Positions 18,365 through 29,129 of a stretch of DNA of 64,000 nt are shown one piece after another. Source of the stretch: an uncultured Methylomirabilota bacterium (lineage in GTDB: Bacteria > Methylomirabilota > Methylomirabilia > Methylomirabilales > 2-02-FULL-66-22); NCBI GenBank assembly GCA_963705305.1, contig OY970067.1:2048001-2112000 (forward strand), given 5' to 3'. A model generated the notes under the pieces. It saw only the letters and a program-made list of their open reading frames with translations. It ran no database searches and was not told the origin of the DNA. Numbering within the stretch: position 1 is the stretch's first letter; every line of letters starts with the position of its first letter. Made by a program: the position numbers and the translations under genes.

Positions 18365-20484
18365 GCGCCACGGACACGGCGACCGCGAGCACGCGGGACG
18401 CCGCAATTGAACAAGTCCGGCGAGCCCGGTTCGTGGTACCAGTCCCCCGCGGTCGCAAGGGCCCCGTCATTGACGGGTGGCAGCATCTTCGGCTCGCCGA
18501 GGCCGATCTGTCTGGGTACTTCGGAAACGGGGAGAACATCGGCATCATCTTGGGCGAGGCCTCCAAGATGGTGGACGTGGACCTTGACTCTCCCGAGGCC
18601 CTCGCCGTAGCAGACTGTTTCCTGCCGAAGACCGGCATGATCCACGGCCGGGCATCCAAGCCGCGGTCACACAGATGGTATGTACCCACCCCCATTCCAG
18701 CGACCAGGCAGTATAGGGACGTGGACAACGCCATGCTAGTGGAGCTGCGGTCCACTGGAGGGCAGACACTCATTCCCCCCAGCGTCAACCCGTCGGGCGA
18801 GGCGGTCACTTGGGACGCCGACGGCGACCCGGAGACGGTGGACGCCGCCCCCCTGCAATCGTCAGTCGCCCGCGTCGCGGCCGTGGCGATCTTGGCGCGA
18901 CACTGGCCGGCACGCGGGAGCAGGCACGACGCCTACAACGCGCTGGCTGGCTTCCTGCTCCGAGCGGGATGGACTGCCGACCAGACCATGCTGGTGATTG
19001 AGGCCCTCACCGTCGCCACCCACGATGACGAGGGCCGAGACCGGCTGGCGTCTGTACGGTCCACGATGAAGACGCTGGAGGCGGATCGGAAGGCCACGGG
19101 TGGGCCGACGCTGGCCGACCTGCTCACCGACGGGCAGCGGGTGCTGGAGCGGGTGTCGGAGTGGCTGGGCATCCCCCGGAGTGCCCAGGATGCCCCGGGC
19201 CGAGGCTCCCCTATACCTACTTGGCCCACCCTGCCGGTCGAGGCCCTCTACGGCCTGGCCGGCGAGATCGTGACGGCAGTTAACCCATACACGGAGGCTG
19301 ATCCGGTCGGGGTGCTGGTCAACATCCTGGTGGCGTTCGGCAACATCGCCGGCCGGGGCCCGGGCTTCCTGGTGGAATCGACGCGACACCATCTGAATCT
19401 CTTCGCCGTCCTGGTCGGGCCGACGGCGCAAGGGCGGAAGGGGCAGAGCTGGTCCACCCCTCGGAGGCTGTGTCGCCTGGTGGATGAGGAGTGGGAGCGG
19501 TCAAGAGTGGTGGAGGGGCTGAGCACGGGCGAGGGGCTGATCCATGCCGTCCGGGATCCGGTCTATCGGACCGAGACCGATAAGAAGACGGGCACCACGC
19601 AGGACGTGCTGGTGGACGCGGGCGTGGAAGACAAGCGCCTACTGGCGATCGAAGGGGAATTCGCGCAAGTGCTAAAGGTCGGGACGCGGGAGGGTAACAT
19701 CCTGTCGCCGGTCTTGCGGCGGGCGTGGGACGGCGCCGATCCCCTCGCCCCCCTGACAAAGACCTCGCCGATCCGGGCGACGGGCGCCCATATCTCCATC
19801 GTCGGCCACATCACGCAGGAAGAGCTACTCCGCCACCTGACCGAGACCGAGGCGGCGAACGGCTGGTGCAACCGTTTCCTGTGGGTGCTGGTGCGCCGGT
19901 CGAAATTCCTGCCTGACGGCGAGCCGGTGCCCGCGTCCATCATCGACAGGCTGAGCAAGCGGCTGTCGGTCGCGGTGGACTACGCCCATATCATCAGCGA
20001 CCTCACCCGGGACACCGAGGCCACCGATCTGTGGCGGGCGATCTACCCGCGCCTATCGACCCCCAAGCCGGGGCTGGTCGGGGCGATCCTCGGTCGGGCC
20101 GAGGCCCAGGTTATGCGGCTGGCGTGCCTCTACGCGCTACTGGACGCATCGCCCACCGTGCGCGGCCCTCACCTACGGGCGGCACTGGCCTTGTGGGACT
20201 ACATGGACATGTCCGCAGTGTATATCTTCGGTGGAAAGCTCGGTGATTGGGTCGCTGACGAGGCCCTAGAGGCGATCCGGGCTGCGGGACAGGAGGGGCT
20301 GACCGAGACTGATCTACACCATGTCTTTGGGCGCCACCAGTCGAGCGGACGGCTAGGGGTAGCGCTGCAATCGCTGGCCGGTCTGGGGCTGATCGTGCCC
20401 AAGGTGGAGCAGACAGGCGGGCGACCCCGGACACGCTGGACAGTCCCGGGCTGCGAAAAAAGCGAAGTAAGCGCAGAAAGGTAG
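18361..20484 (+). CDS. Bifunctional primase/polymerase (Prim-Pol) fused to DUF3987-like P-loop helicase domain
   Basis: PVPRGRKGP, NIG, DVDLD, IPPSV (Prim-Pol); GPTAQGRKG Walker-A-like motif, STGEGL, NGWCNRF; ATGA overlap with xis. Confidence 0.85.
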   Translation: MSATDTATASTRDAAIEQVRRARFVVPVPRGRKGPVIDGWQHLRLAEADLSGYFGNGENIGIILGEASKMVDVDLDSPEALAVADCFLPKTGMIHGRASKPRSHRWYVPTPIPATRQYRDVDNAMLVELRSTGGQTLIPPSVNPSGEAVTWDADGDPETVDAAPLQSSVARVAAVAILARHWPARGSRHDAYNALAGFLLRAGWTADQTMLVIEALTVATHDDEGRDRLASVRSTMKTLEADRKATGGPTLADLLTDGQRVLERVSEWLGIPRSAQDAPGRGSPIPTWPTLPVEALYGLAGEIVTAVNPYTEADPVGVLVNILVAFGNIAGRGPGFLVESTRHHLNLFAVLVGPTAQGRKGQSWSTPRRLCRLVDEEWERSRVVEGLSTGEGLIHAVRDPVYRTETDKKTGTTQDVLVDAGVEDKRLLAIEGEFAQVLKVGTREGNILSPVLRRAWDGADPLAPLTKTSPIRATGAHISIVGHITQEELLRHLTETEAANGWCNRFLWVLVRRSKFLPDGEPVPASIIDRLSKRLSVAVDYAHIISDLTRDTEATDLWRAIYPRLSTPKPGLVGAILGRAEAQVMRLACLYALLDASPTVRGPHLRAALALWDYMDMSAVYIFGGKLGDWVADEALEAIRAAGQEGLTETDLHHVFGRHQSSGRLGVALQSLAGLGLIVPKVEQTGGRPRTRWTVPGCEKSEVSAER

Positions 20485-20524
20485 GAGAAGCAGGGGCTTA
20501 TTTCGCTTTCTTCGCTTAATTCGC
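20453..20524. repeat. Inverted 9-bp iteron-like array (candidate origin)
   Basis: GCGAAAAAA GCGAAGTAA GCGCAGAAA facing inverted TTATTTCGC TTTCTTCGC TTAATTCGC. Confidence 0.55.
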
Positions 20525-20549
20525 GGGTGCGGTAACTCACGGGGGGAAT

Positions 20550-20837
20550 ATGGGCAGGCTGTGGGAGCTGGTGCAGGAGATCGAGCGGGAGAGGCGGGAG
20601 GCGCCGGCTGTCGCCGTGGACGGGCAGCTAGACCTCTTGGGTCGCCACCTGACCCCACGGGAGCGGCTGAGCCGCTACCTGGACACCTGGGCCACGATGG
20701 ATGAGACCACCTGGACGGAGGCAAACGTCAAGGCACTGTACGACGACATCATGGACATCTTCCGTGACCATCCCCGCGAGGCTGACACGTGGTTCCGGGC
20801 CTGGCGATTGGCCCACCCGGAGGCGCGGCTACGCTGA
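20550..20837 (+). CDS. Hypothetical protein
   Basis: GGGGG RBS; 95-aa helical ORF after the primase. Confidence 0.55.
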   Translation: MGRLWELVQEIERERREAPAVAVDGQLDLLGRHLTPRERLSRYLDTWATMDETTWTEANVKALYDDIMDIFRDHPREADTWFRAWRLAHPEARLR

Positions 20838-21101
20838 AGGCCGCGCGATTGCCCGTGCTTGTCCGGACGGTCCGACCGGTCCGACAGGTGTCGGACAGGA
20901 AAAAAGGGCCTGCCGGGCGCGGGTGGAGAGGTTCGTCCGAACGTTCGGACCGATCCGACCATAAAAAACAGGGGAAGCCCTTCCTGCAGCGGCAGCAATT
21001 CCATCGCAACGATTGCAACCAAAAAAAGCAGGAAGGGTGGGTGAGCCGGAACGATTGCGGAACAGGGAACGGCCGGAGGGCCCGGAGAGGGAGGAGCGAA
21101 A

Positions 21102-21578
21102 ATGCCCATGACTTGCAAGCCTTGCCGGCACCCCCGGCGGGCGGAGATTGACGCGGCGCTGGTACAGCGGGAAGAGCCGTTGCGGAACATCGCGGCACGT
21201 TTTGGAACATCGGCCGCGGCCCTTGTGCGGCACCGGGCGCATGTGAGCGAGGCCCTGACCGCAGCGCAGGACCGCCGGGAGGATGAGGAGGCGGACGGCT
21301 TGCTTGACCAAGTTCAATTCATCGCGACCGAGGCCCGGCGGCTGGCGAAGCTGGCCGAGCAGAAAGGCGACCTGCGGACGGCCCTGGTCGGCCTGCGGGA
21401 GTTGGCCCGGGCGGTGGAACTGCTCCACGGCCGGCGGCTGGCGCTGACCGGCAAGGACGGGGGGCCGATTCAAGCGGAGTCCACCACCGTCAAGTTTTAT
21501 CTGCCCGCGAACGGCCGGGACGACGCGACGGCGGCGACAGGGATTAACACATCAGGACCCTCCGGCAGGCGCGCCTGA
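21102..21578 (+). CDS. HTH protein, possible terminase small subunit
   Basis: N-terminal CKPC..H, HTH (LRNIAARFGTS), C-terminal LTGKDGGPIQ typical of TerS tails; [10 protein letters not shown]. Confidence 0.55.
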   Translation: MPMTCKPCRHPRRAEIDAALVQREEPLRNIAARFGTSAAALVRHRAHVSEALTAAQDRREDEEADGLLDQVQFIATEARRLAKLAEQKGDLRTALVGLRELARAVELLHGRRLALTGKDGGPIQAESTTVKFYLPANGRDDATAATGINTSGPSGRRA

Positions 21579-21876
21579 CGCTTGGCCAGGGGCAAGCGCC
21601 CAGGGGCGGCACATGAGATACGCGGCCGGGCGGCCAGGCCGTCTGACGCTAGGGTCTGCCGACCCCGAAGCCCGGTCGCCCTCGCGTGAGCGGATGTGTC
21701 CACAGTCCCACCCGGACCCCTCGCCACGGCTGCCCGCGAAGACTGCCCCCCTGAGAGGAGAACCTGGCAACCTGGTAGTATCCTAGTTTGAATCTAACTA
21801 TCCCCTGTGGTAGGATTCGAATGAAGAAGCAAAGAAAATAGCTTGTCCCGGAACAGGAAGGCTCTCGCGCGTCGCA

Positions 21877-23118
21877 ATGGCACGTAGGTGGGTGATGGCC
21901 ACTCTCATTCCCGAGAATGTCGTTCGTCGTCTACTCGTAAGCAAGCACTTGTTGGAAAGCAATCACGGACAACTACGACCTGAGTCCGATGCAGTAGCTG
22001 TCGCGCAAATGATCCTTACTGCCCATGATGCCGTAGAACTCGCCGCTGCCACCATAGCGGAGCATCTTGGAGCTAGGGATATTACGGCCAAGGCCTACCT
22101 CATGGAGTATCCGGCCAAGATTCGAGATGTGTGTCCCGATGTCGATCCCTTTCCCGGCATCTCCTTCGTTCGCCAGTTGAATGACGCGAGGGTGTCCTTT
22201 AAACACTATGGCAATCTGCCTGATTCGCGTACATGGTATAGGGTAGTCGAGAATGCATGGGATTGGGTGAACGAATGGTGCCGAGTTTATCTCGGGTTGT
22301 GCCTTGAGGAAATTAACCTGGAGGGGCTGATTGAGGATGTGTCGGTTAGAGACCATTTCGTTAAGGCTAGGGAGAAGCGTGAGCGGGGGCACCATCGAGA
22401 GGCACTTGAAGAACTCGGCTGTGCCGTATACTTGGCCCTGGAGTGGTTTCCTGGCATCCGGTTCCCCGTCTTGGGTTCGACGAGCTCGGAGCATGCGCTT
22501 ATGCTAGCTCCCTATGGTGTTCGGCCAAGTGATTTCCTGAATCTTCAACAGTTTCTTCCCAGGGTATCAAAGGACTTGGGAACAGGAGAGCTGAGTCTGA
22601 AGTGGGACCTGCGCACGACAGGTCACAGGGCCAATTGGACCGATGGAAACGTTGATTTCTGCCTCGCCACCAGCCTTGATTTGATTTTGAAGACGCAACA
22701 CGCCCCGCGACCCCCACGTGCGGTAGAGTATTTCTGGATCTTCGATGATGTGGTTGAACCCAAACGTGAGTCAGTGGATATTTGGCAGTATGAGTACGAA
22801 GGAGAAGACCGCGATCCCTCTGGGCTTCTCTGGAAAAGACCATCAGGGAGAAGGGTAATCCGTACTCTGGCGCGTGGCGAGAAATTGCGATGCCGAGCAA
22901 CCCCGCACCGGCGCGAGGACGCAGACCCTACAGACGCATTCGCGCTATTCGCTGAGCCAACCCTCGAGAATGCGGAAGTGTTAATGCTGATGAGTGAGGA
23001 ACTTCCAAATCGAATGGGGTTCGTAGAGAGAGAGAAGATTATTCTGTCGTACCTTCCCAAGGAGAATGATTTCGTCCGCAAGTACTTCCCGCACTTGCTG
23101 GACACGCCTAGAGATTGA
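21877..23118 (+). CDS. Putative HEPN-domain protein
   Basis: HDAVEL helix and LNDARVSFKHYG (RX4H); lower GC than host genes. Confidence 0.6.
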   Translation: MARRWVMATLIPENVVRRLLVSKHLLESNHGQLRPESDAVAVAQMILTAHDAVELAAATIAEHLGARDITAKAYLMEYPAKIRDVCPDVDPFPGISFVRQLNDARVSFKHYGNLPDSRTWYRVVENAWDWVNEWCRVYLGLCLEEINLEGLIEDVSVRDHFVKAREKRERGHHREALEELGCAVYLALEWFPGIRFPVLGSTSSEHALMLAPYGVRPSDFLNLQQFLPRVSKDLGTGELSLKWDLRTTGHRANWTDGNVDFCLATSLDLILKTQHAPRPPRAVEYFWIFDDVVEPKRESVDIWQYEYEGEDRDPSGLLWKRPSGRRVIRTLARGEKLRCRATPHRREDADPTDAFALFAEPTLENAEVLMLMSEELPNRMGFVEREKIILSYLPKENDFVRKYFPHLLDTPRD

Positions 23119-23786
23119 CAGACTCCCGGACGGCGAAACGGCAAAGCTAAGGAACGCCGAGCCTGGAGGCTGAAATAACCTCGGTCAGCAACTCCTCCAA
23201 GCCCTACACCCGATTTTAATTTCTGCGCCTATCGGCAGGAATTGAAATGGGGACACTACTACGCCACCGGGAGGCTTGACAGCACCGTACCGACAGGCGT
23301 AGAAGGATTCCATTGGAAGCGCGGCGGGCAGAGAATTGAATAAGTTCCGGGGGGTCCGGCCTTCCGGTCTCCGAGGCCCTGGGTTCGGCTGCCCGCCGTG
23401 CGCCCAGGGCCTTCCTTTTTTCTAGGGGTCCGTTCTTGGTGCGGATTGAGTGGGGGCATGGGGCGGAGGTGCGGCGCTCCCCTGGGCCGACACATGGCTA
23501 GGTGTACTGGGTGCAGCAAAAGTAGTGAGTGGAGATAGGGAGGTGAAAAGAGATGGAGATCCAAATTCAGTTTAAGCAAATCGCGGTAACCATGCAGGGG
23601 GGAAAGGTCCAACTGTACGGTCTGGCGGAGGGCGGGGCTTATGCGATAGATGGGGTCGTATACAAATACGATGAGCCGAACAGAAAGTGGCGTATGCTGT
23701 CAACTGAGGTCGCAGAACAAGAGTAGAGCCTCTTGACGGGAGAGGTGCCAGAACGAAGGACGGCAATCGAGTGAGGGGCATCTACA

Positions 23787-24437
23787 ATGGGCGCGTTGAA
23801 GGCCGGCATGACATACGACGAAGCGGCGGAGCATCTTCGCCAGGAAATAGTCGGCACGCTACGACACGAGACCGAGCCGCTCGTTCGCGAAGCGAAATTC
23901 TTCGGAGCGACGCGCGCGATCATGTGCGACATCGACTACGTTGCGGCCCTATTCGAAGGCTGGGACGGCAAAGACCCCCGGCGCATCGCCACGCCGGAGA
24001 AGTTCCGGACCTTTGTGGAGACGGTATTCACAACTGCGACCGGCAATCAATGTTACAAGGTGTTCGCTGGCCATCTGTACGCGATGTATCGCGTCGGCAC
24101 GGTTCACTTGCGCCACCCGAAGCAGCTTGAGAGCAAGACTGCATCAACCCCCGTGCTCTCATGGGGCATAATGGTTGAGCGTACCGAGGACTTTGACTAC
24201 CCAGTGGGCGGCAAGGCATTCACCGGGACTCACATGCAACTGGTGAAAGTGGACGCCGCTAAGACCATCCTTCCGGTGTCCCTCAACGGGTTGTTTGAGG
24301 ACTTCATCTTGGCGTGCGAGCATTTCGCCAAACTGCTTGAAGCAGAGAAGGCGGGCGGCTGCCATACGATGCTCGGCAAGTGGCGTAGTGTCGCAGACGC
24401 GTTAATCGCCCCGGACCGCACGAAGCTGCGATGGTAA
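23787..24437 (+). CDS. Putative HEPN-like protein
   Basis: LYAMYRVGTVH (RX4H) in a helical context; GAGGGG RBS. Confidence 0.5.
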   Translation: MGALKAGMTYDEAAEHLRQEIVGTLRHETEPLVREAKFFGATRAIMCDIDYVAALFEGWDGKDPRRIATPEKFRTFVETVFTTATGNQCYKVFAGHLYAMYRVGTVHLRHPKQLESKTASTPVLSWGIMVERTEDFDYPVGGKAFTGTHMQLVKVDAAKTILPVSLNGLFEDFILACEHFAKLLEAEKAGGCHTMLGKWRSVADALIAPDRTKLRW

Positions 24438-25423
24438 CGCGATGCCCGACATGGCGACCCGGAGGTGCCGCCCCCCACGCGCGGGAAAAACGGGGCATCC
24501 CGAGCCGACACGGAGGCGACCGGGGGGCTTGACAGCACGGATTCGTGAATAATGCAGGTTAGGGATTAAGTGGGGGTATTAACCGAGTTAAGTCGAGAGA
24601 AAGGAAAGGCTCTCGGGCAAGTAAGGGGGGAATGTTCGCTAGCTGAGGGATGTCAAACGTTGCGGAAAACGCCGCGTCTATTGCTTGCCTCGTATGATCG
24701 TGTTCAATGTGCGGGAAGGGCCTCAGAGTCGTGTTGCTCAATTGATCGAAGAGACTGGTAAATACGTCCAGCTGCTCAGCGTGTAAGGTGCGCACATCCA
24801 AGACCGGCATGTTGGTAAGCACAGGTTTTTTGTATTGAACGAAAGCGCCTTCGGTCTCTTCTCGGTGACCGAATAGCATCAACAATCCAAGGGTCGAGTT
24901 CAGCCACAGTACGAGTGTCTTCTCGTATGCCTCGAGATTCGAGCCGGAGTAATCGAATAGGAAGGGCCACCAAACATCGCCAAGTGCTTTCTGTGAAACC
25001 CGGACTGCTGCCAAGCTCTTGGTATTGAGGCGAGGTCGCTGAGAAATCATCACGTGGGCCGCCTTGGGCCAGAGATCGGTGGTTCTTCTAAGTACGGTGC
25101 GGCCTCGACGCGGTGCCGTGAGAGGAACCAAGTATTGATTCGGGGGCTGGCTCATGGAGCGGATAGCCTGTGCATCGTGCCCCCATAGTGCGGGAAACGG
25201 TGTAGGGTCGCTGGATGGATAGAAACCGTCGTAGACGTTCTCGAGGGTCGGGGCCGAGAGTGCCGAGGTGACCTAGAGGGCAAAGGGGAAGCCTGGCCAC
25301 CACTCCGTGACCAGGTATGCGCACACTTCCGGCGAGAAGTTGGTAAAAAGTCTTAGTGAGCGGTGGCCCCAAAGAGCTGGACAGGAATCGGGGCGCGATA
25401 AGTGAAACTCTGCCGGGGTCACG

Positions 25424-26251
25424 TTACGCCGCCTCGAGCTGAGGCCGCGAGGCAAAGTAGACCATATCGGGGGTCTGGCCGTCCAGCGCTGTGTGAGGCC
25501 GGCCTTGGTTGTAAAAAGTAAAATAGGCGACCAGGTGCCGCTGGGCGTCAGGCACCGAGTCATAGGCATGCAGGTACACTTCCTCGTACTTGACGGTCTT
25601 CCAGAGGCGCTCAACGAAGCAGTTGTCGCGCCAGGCCCCCTTGCCGTCCATGCTGAGGGCGATGCCGTGCTGCTGGACCAGGGCGACGAAGGCCATGCTG
25701 GTGAACTGGCTCCCCTGGTCGGTGTTCAGGATCTCCGGGCAGCCGTGGGCCCGGATCGCGGCCTCCAGGGCCTCCAGGCAACCGTCCCCGGTCAGGGTGT
25801 TCGAGAGGCGCCAGGCCAGGACCCGGCGGGTCGCCCAGTCCAGCACGGCCACCAGGTAGAGGAAGCCCCGGCGCATGGGGAGGTACGTGATGTCCATGGC
25901 CCAGACCTGGTTCGGGGCCGTGATCGCCAGGGTGCGCAGCAAGTACGGGAACCCCCGGGGCCCCGGGTGCGGCTGGGTGGTGCGGGGGTGCCGGTACAGC
26001 GCTGCGATCCCCATCCGCCGCATCAACGTGGCCACGTGCTTCCGGCCGACGGCCATGCCCCGGAGGCGCAGCAGGTCCCGGAGCATCCGGCTCCCAGCGA
26101 AGGGATGCAGCAGGTGCAGCTCGTCGAGCTGCCGCATCAGGGCCAGGTCCCCTGCGCGGACGGGGCGCGGGGTGTAGTAGACCGAGGACCGAGTCACGGC
26201 CACCAGGCGGCACTGGTGCGTGACGGGCAGGGGGTGCTGGCGGTCGATCAT
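25424..26251 (-). CDS. IS3 transposase OrfB (DDE integrase core)
   Basis: WAMDITY, NTDQGSQF, DNCFVERLWKTVKYE. Confidence 0.93.
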   Translation of the reverse strand: MIDRQHPLPVTHQCRLVAVTRSSVYYTPRPVRAGDLALMRQLDELHLLHPFAGSRMLRDLLRLRGMAVGRKHVATLMRRMGIAALYRHPRTTQPHPGPRGFPYLLRTLAITAPNQVWAMDITYLPMRRGFLYLVAVLDWATRRVLAWRLSNTLTGDGCLEALEAAIRAHGCPEILNTDQGSQFTSMAFVALVQQHGIALSMDGKGAWRDNCFVERLWKTVKYEEVYLHAYDSVPDAQRHLVAYFTFYNQGRPHTALDGQTPDMVYFASRPQLEAA

Positions 26252-26550
26252 CGCTTCGCGCTCGCATCGGGGATGCGACCGAGCGCGCCGGCCAAAAAAT
26301 CGTTCTCCAGGACCAGCTGGCCGATCTTCGCGTGCAACGCCTTGACATCCGGCACGCTGGCCTGGCGCTCGGCGGACGTGGCGAAGAGCTCCAGCGCCCG
26401 CTCCAGGAGCTGGGCCTTCCACTGCGTGATCTGGTTGGGGTGGACGTCGAACTGCTGCGCGAGCTCGGCGAGGGTTCGATCGCCCTTCAGGGCAGCCAGG
26501 GCGACCTTGGCCTTGAAGGCGGGGGCGTGGTTCCGTCGGGACCGTTTCAT
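26248..26550 (-). CDS. IS3 transposase OrfA (HTH)
   Basis: FKAKVALAA...ELAQQFDVHPNQITQWK; AGGAG RBS. Confidence 0.92.
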   Translation of the reverse strand: MKRSRRNHAPAFKAKVALAALKGDRTLAELAQQFDVHPNQITQWKAQLLERALELFATSAERQASVPDVKALHAKIGQLVLENDFLAGALGRIPDASAKR

Positions 26551-29071
26551 GGGCTGCTCTCCTTGTGGGACGGCGATGCGTCCCGTCCAGTAGAGCAGAG
26601 TTTTCACTTAAACGCCTGTCCTATTTTCCGGAACCGGCTCTGTGAGTTCCGTCTGAGCAAATGCGACGGGGAACAGCCACAAATTGGTGCTTAGAATTGA
26701 CCACGGTACAGACAACAATTCCCCGCATTTCGTACCCGAGGAGAATATCTCGGCTACCCCTGCGCCGCCGAATACGTCCGGGGCTTGTGCGTCTAGGATT
26801 GCCTGGCCGACGTGCAGGGCTTCAATGGCGTTATTGGGCTGCCGCCAAAGGTTGACCGCGAGCGTGCTCTCTGTTGGATCTGCGGCAGCGTTTCTTCGGC
26901 GTGCGAGAATGAGTGTTTCCCCTAGATTCGTGTTCTCGGAGAAGTTCCAGCGTTGCGGGTCATGGCTGACGATGATGTACTCGAGGTGGTATTCGTCGGC
27001 AAACAATTCTCTTGTCTTCTGCCAGGCGACACCGGAAAGGAGGGAGCGCGGGAGGACAAGGGCTAGTCTGCCATTGGGCTTCAGGTACTTATCGCCCAAC
27101 GCGACGAATACTGAGCCAAGGCCAGCGGTGATGCTAGCCTTGAGATGAGTTCGCCTTACGACGGCACCGAGTTTGGCCTGCATTCGAGCGCGTTCCGTGG
27201 TGGGCAGGGTGCCAAAAAGACGGTTGGGTTGTCTGCTGCTCGTAAACGGCGGATTCATTATGCATAGGTCTAGGTCCGGAAGTTGAATTGCATGCTGGTT
27301 GGTGGTGGCCGCCGGACTCGTGCCGGAAACCATTTGCCCTCGGGATAACAGGGAAGGGTCTAGAGTTCTGGACTCTAAGAACTCCAGGCTACCCATTTTG
27401 CCTTCCGGACCGCCAAAGGCAAGTTGGCTTAGGTTGGTGACGTTGATCGGGATGCTTGGGACTCGGAGGGTTAGGGTGGAGGCTGTAAGGTGAATGGCCG
27501 ATTGGAGAACGTCAAAACCGTAGAGCACATCGCTAACGATGGCTCGTTGCAATTCGTCAAAGTTGGGCCTAACCCTTTGGCGAACGCAGGCGTGAACGTA
27601 ATTGTCGGTGATTGAGTCCGCTGCTGCCATTAAGAGAGTACCGGTACCGCAGGCGAGATCAGCGACCCGCAGAGAGGCGATGCTTTGAGGGCTCGACCAG
27701 TCAGCGGGGTATACGGGGCCGCTGAGGGCAAGCTTGGCCAATAGAGTCGCAGAGGGGATTGAGGTGTAAAACGCGCCTAGGTACTTCGCTTCCTCGAGGA
27801 GCCTATGGTAGATCCGGCCAGCTAAATCATGGCGTAGTGGGGCACGCCAAGCGACAATCTGGAGGGCTGCGTCAATGAGTCTCGTGATAGCCTGGTGCAC
27901 GGGTTGGTCGGCGGAAAGAGAGGCAATTATTTTGCGTGCGATGGCAAAGATGGGGTAGTAGTTAACTTCCTCCAATATGAATCGCCAATGATCGGCGATC
28001 CCGTTTACGACTTCCTGGGGGCCGCGAAAGCGTTGGAGAGGGTGTACGTCTCGCCTACTTCGAGAGAGAACTTCCTGAAAAATCAGAGCGTTCAAGACCA
28101 CAAGTCCGGATATTCTGCAAACGGCAGTGTGTTGTCTTTGGCGTAGCCTTGTGCTTCTCGTCGGGGGGAGGGGCGGAAGGTCGAGGGCCGCTGCGAATCT
28201 TTCTACCGTAGCAGGTTGGCTGATAAGTGTGCCGACAAGCAGGTTGACGTTTTGTTCAACGATGTCAACAGCTCGTGCCAATACCTCATCCCGAACCAAT
28301 TGCTCGTAGCAACGACGCAGTGAGTCAGCGATATCGTCTATTGTTCCGCGTTGGAATGGGAGGGTGCGCCGGGGAGCGGGAAATAGCTCAAGCTGCTCGA
28401 GCGTAGCAAAGGACTCCGTTACAATGGCAAATCGTAGAGGGTTAGTTGGTATCGAATGCTGAGGGAAGTGATTCGAAGTCCAGCGTCCGAAAATCTACCG
28501 GATAAATGACCGCCATGCCGATGTGTGCGATTCCGTTTTCTACTCTCTCCTGGGCGGCATCGTAAGCCGCTCGCTCGGCATTGCGCGTGCTTGAGAACTC
28601 GGCTTCTATTGCAAGCCTGAGCCCGTTGAAATCCACAATCACATCGGGGAGCGCGGTTCTGCCGGTCAGCGGGGTGGGAAGAATCAGTTCAGGTGCGGCG
28701 ATTAGTCCACGCTGTTGTAGGACCTGGGCCAGGACTGTGTTAACGACTTCCTGACGTTTTGCGCGGACCATGCAGCGGGCCCTCTTTACATGCTGAAGCG
28801 TGCCGCAAGTGGGCAGAGAATGTGAGACCGCAATGTGCCCCGGATAATACTTGAGAGGCTGGGTGGCGACAAGCGGTTTTTGGAGGGCAACTCCGCCCCT
28901 GGAAGGCCCACTCGCCAAGGCCCCCAAGACGGAAGCAACGGGACAAATTGAGTTGCCCCGTTGACGGGCCTTTGCCCTCTCTTTTTGCAAGCAATCTCCG
29001 TCCGCGCCGTGAGCGAGGGAACCCTCGCTAACACCCGCCGGAAGAAAATGGACCTGTCATTACTATTTGTA

Positions 29072-29100
29072 TTGACATCCCTCCTGTCCTGCCCTATATT
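29072..29100 (+). promoter_or_regulatory. Sigma70-type promoter of the resolvase-RHH-integrase operon
   Basis: TTGACA-17 bp-TATATT. Confidence 0.65.
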
Positions 29101-29129
29101 CTCGGTAGACAATACAAGCGGGGGGCATC

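Larger units (their letters stand above)
25361..26641 (-). mobile_element. IS3-family insertion sequence
   Basis: orfA/orfB; imperfect IRs sharing GGACAGG; GTGAG duplicated at 25356-25360 and 26642-26646. Removing the IS restores QTELTKTFYQ. Confidence 0.9.
24559..28771 (-). pseudogene. Type IIG-like restriction-modification fusion (nuclease + N6-adenine MTase + TRD), disrupted
   Basis: N-terminal PDVIVD...IEAE nuclease-like segment; DLACGTG (motif I), MNPPF (motif IV); +1 shifts near 28441 and 25238; IS3 at 25361-26641. Confidence 0.85.
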
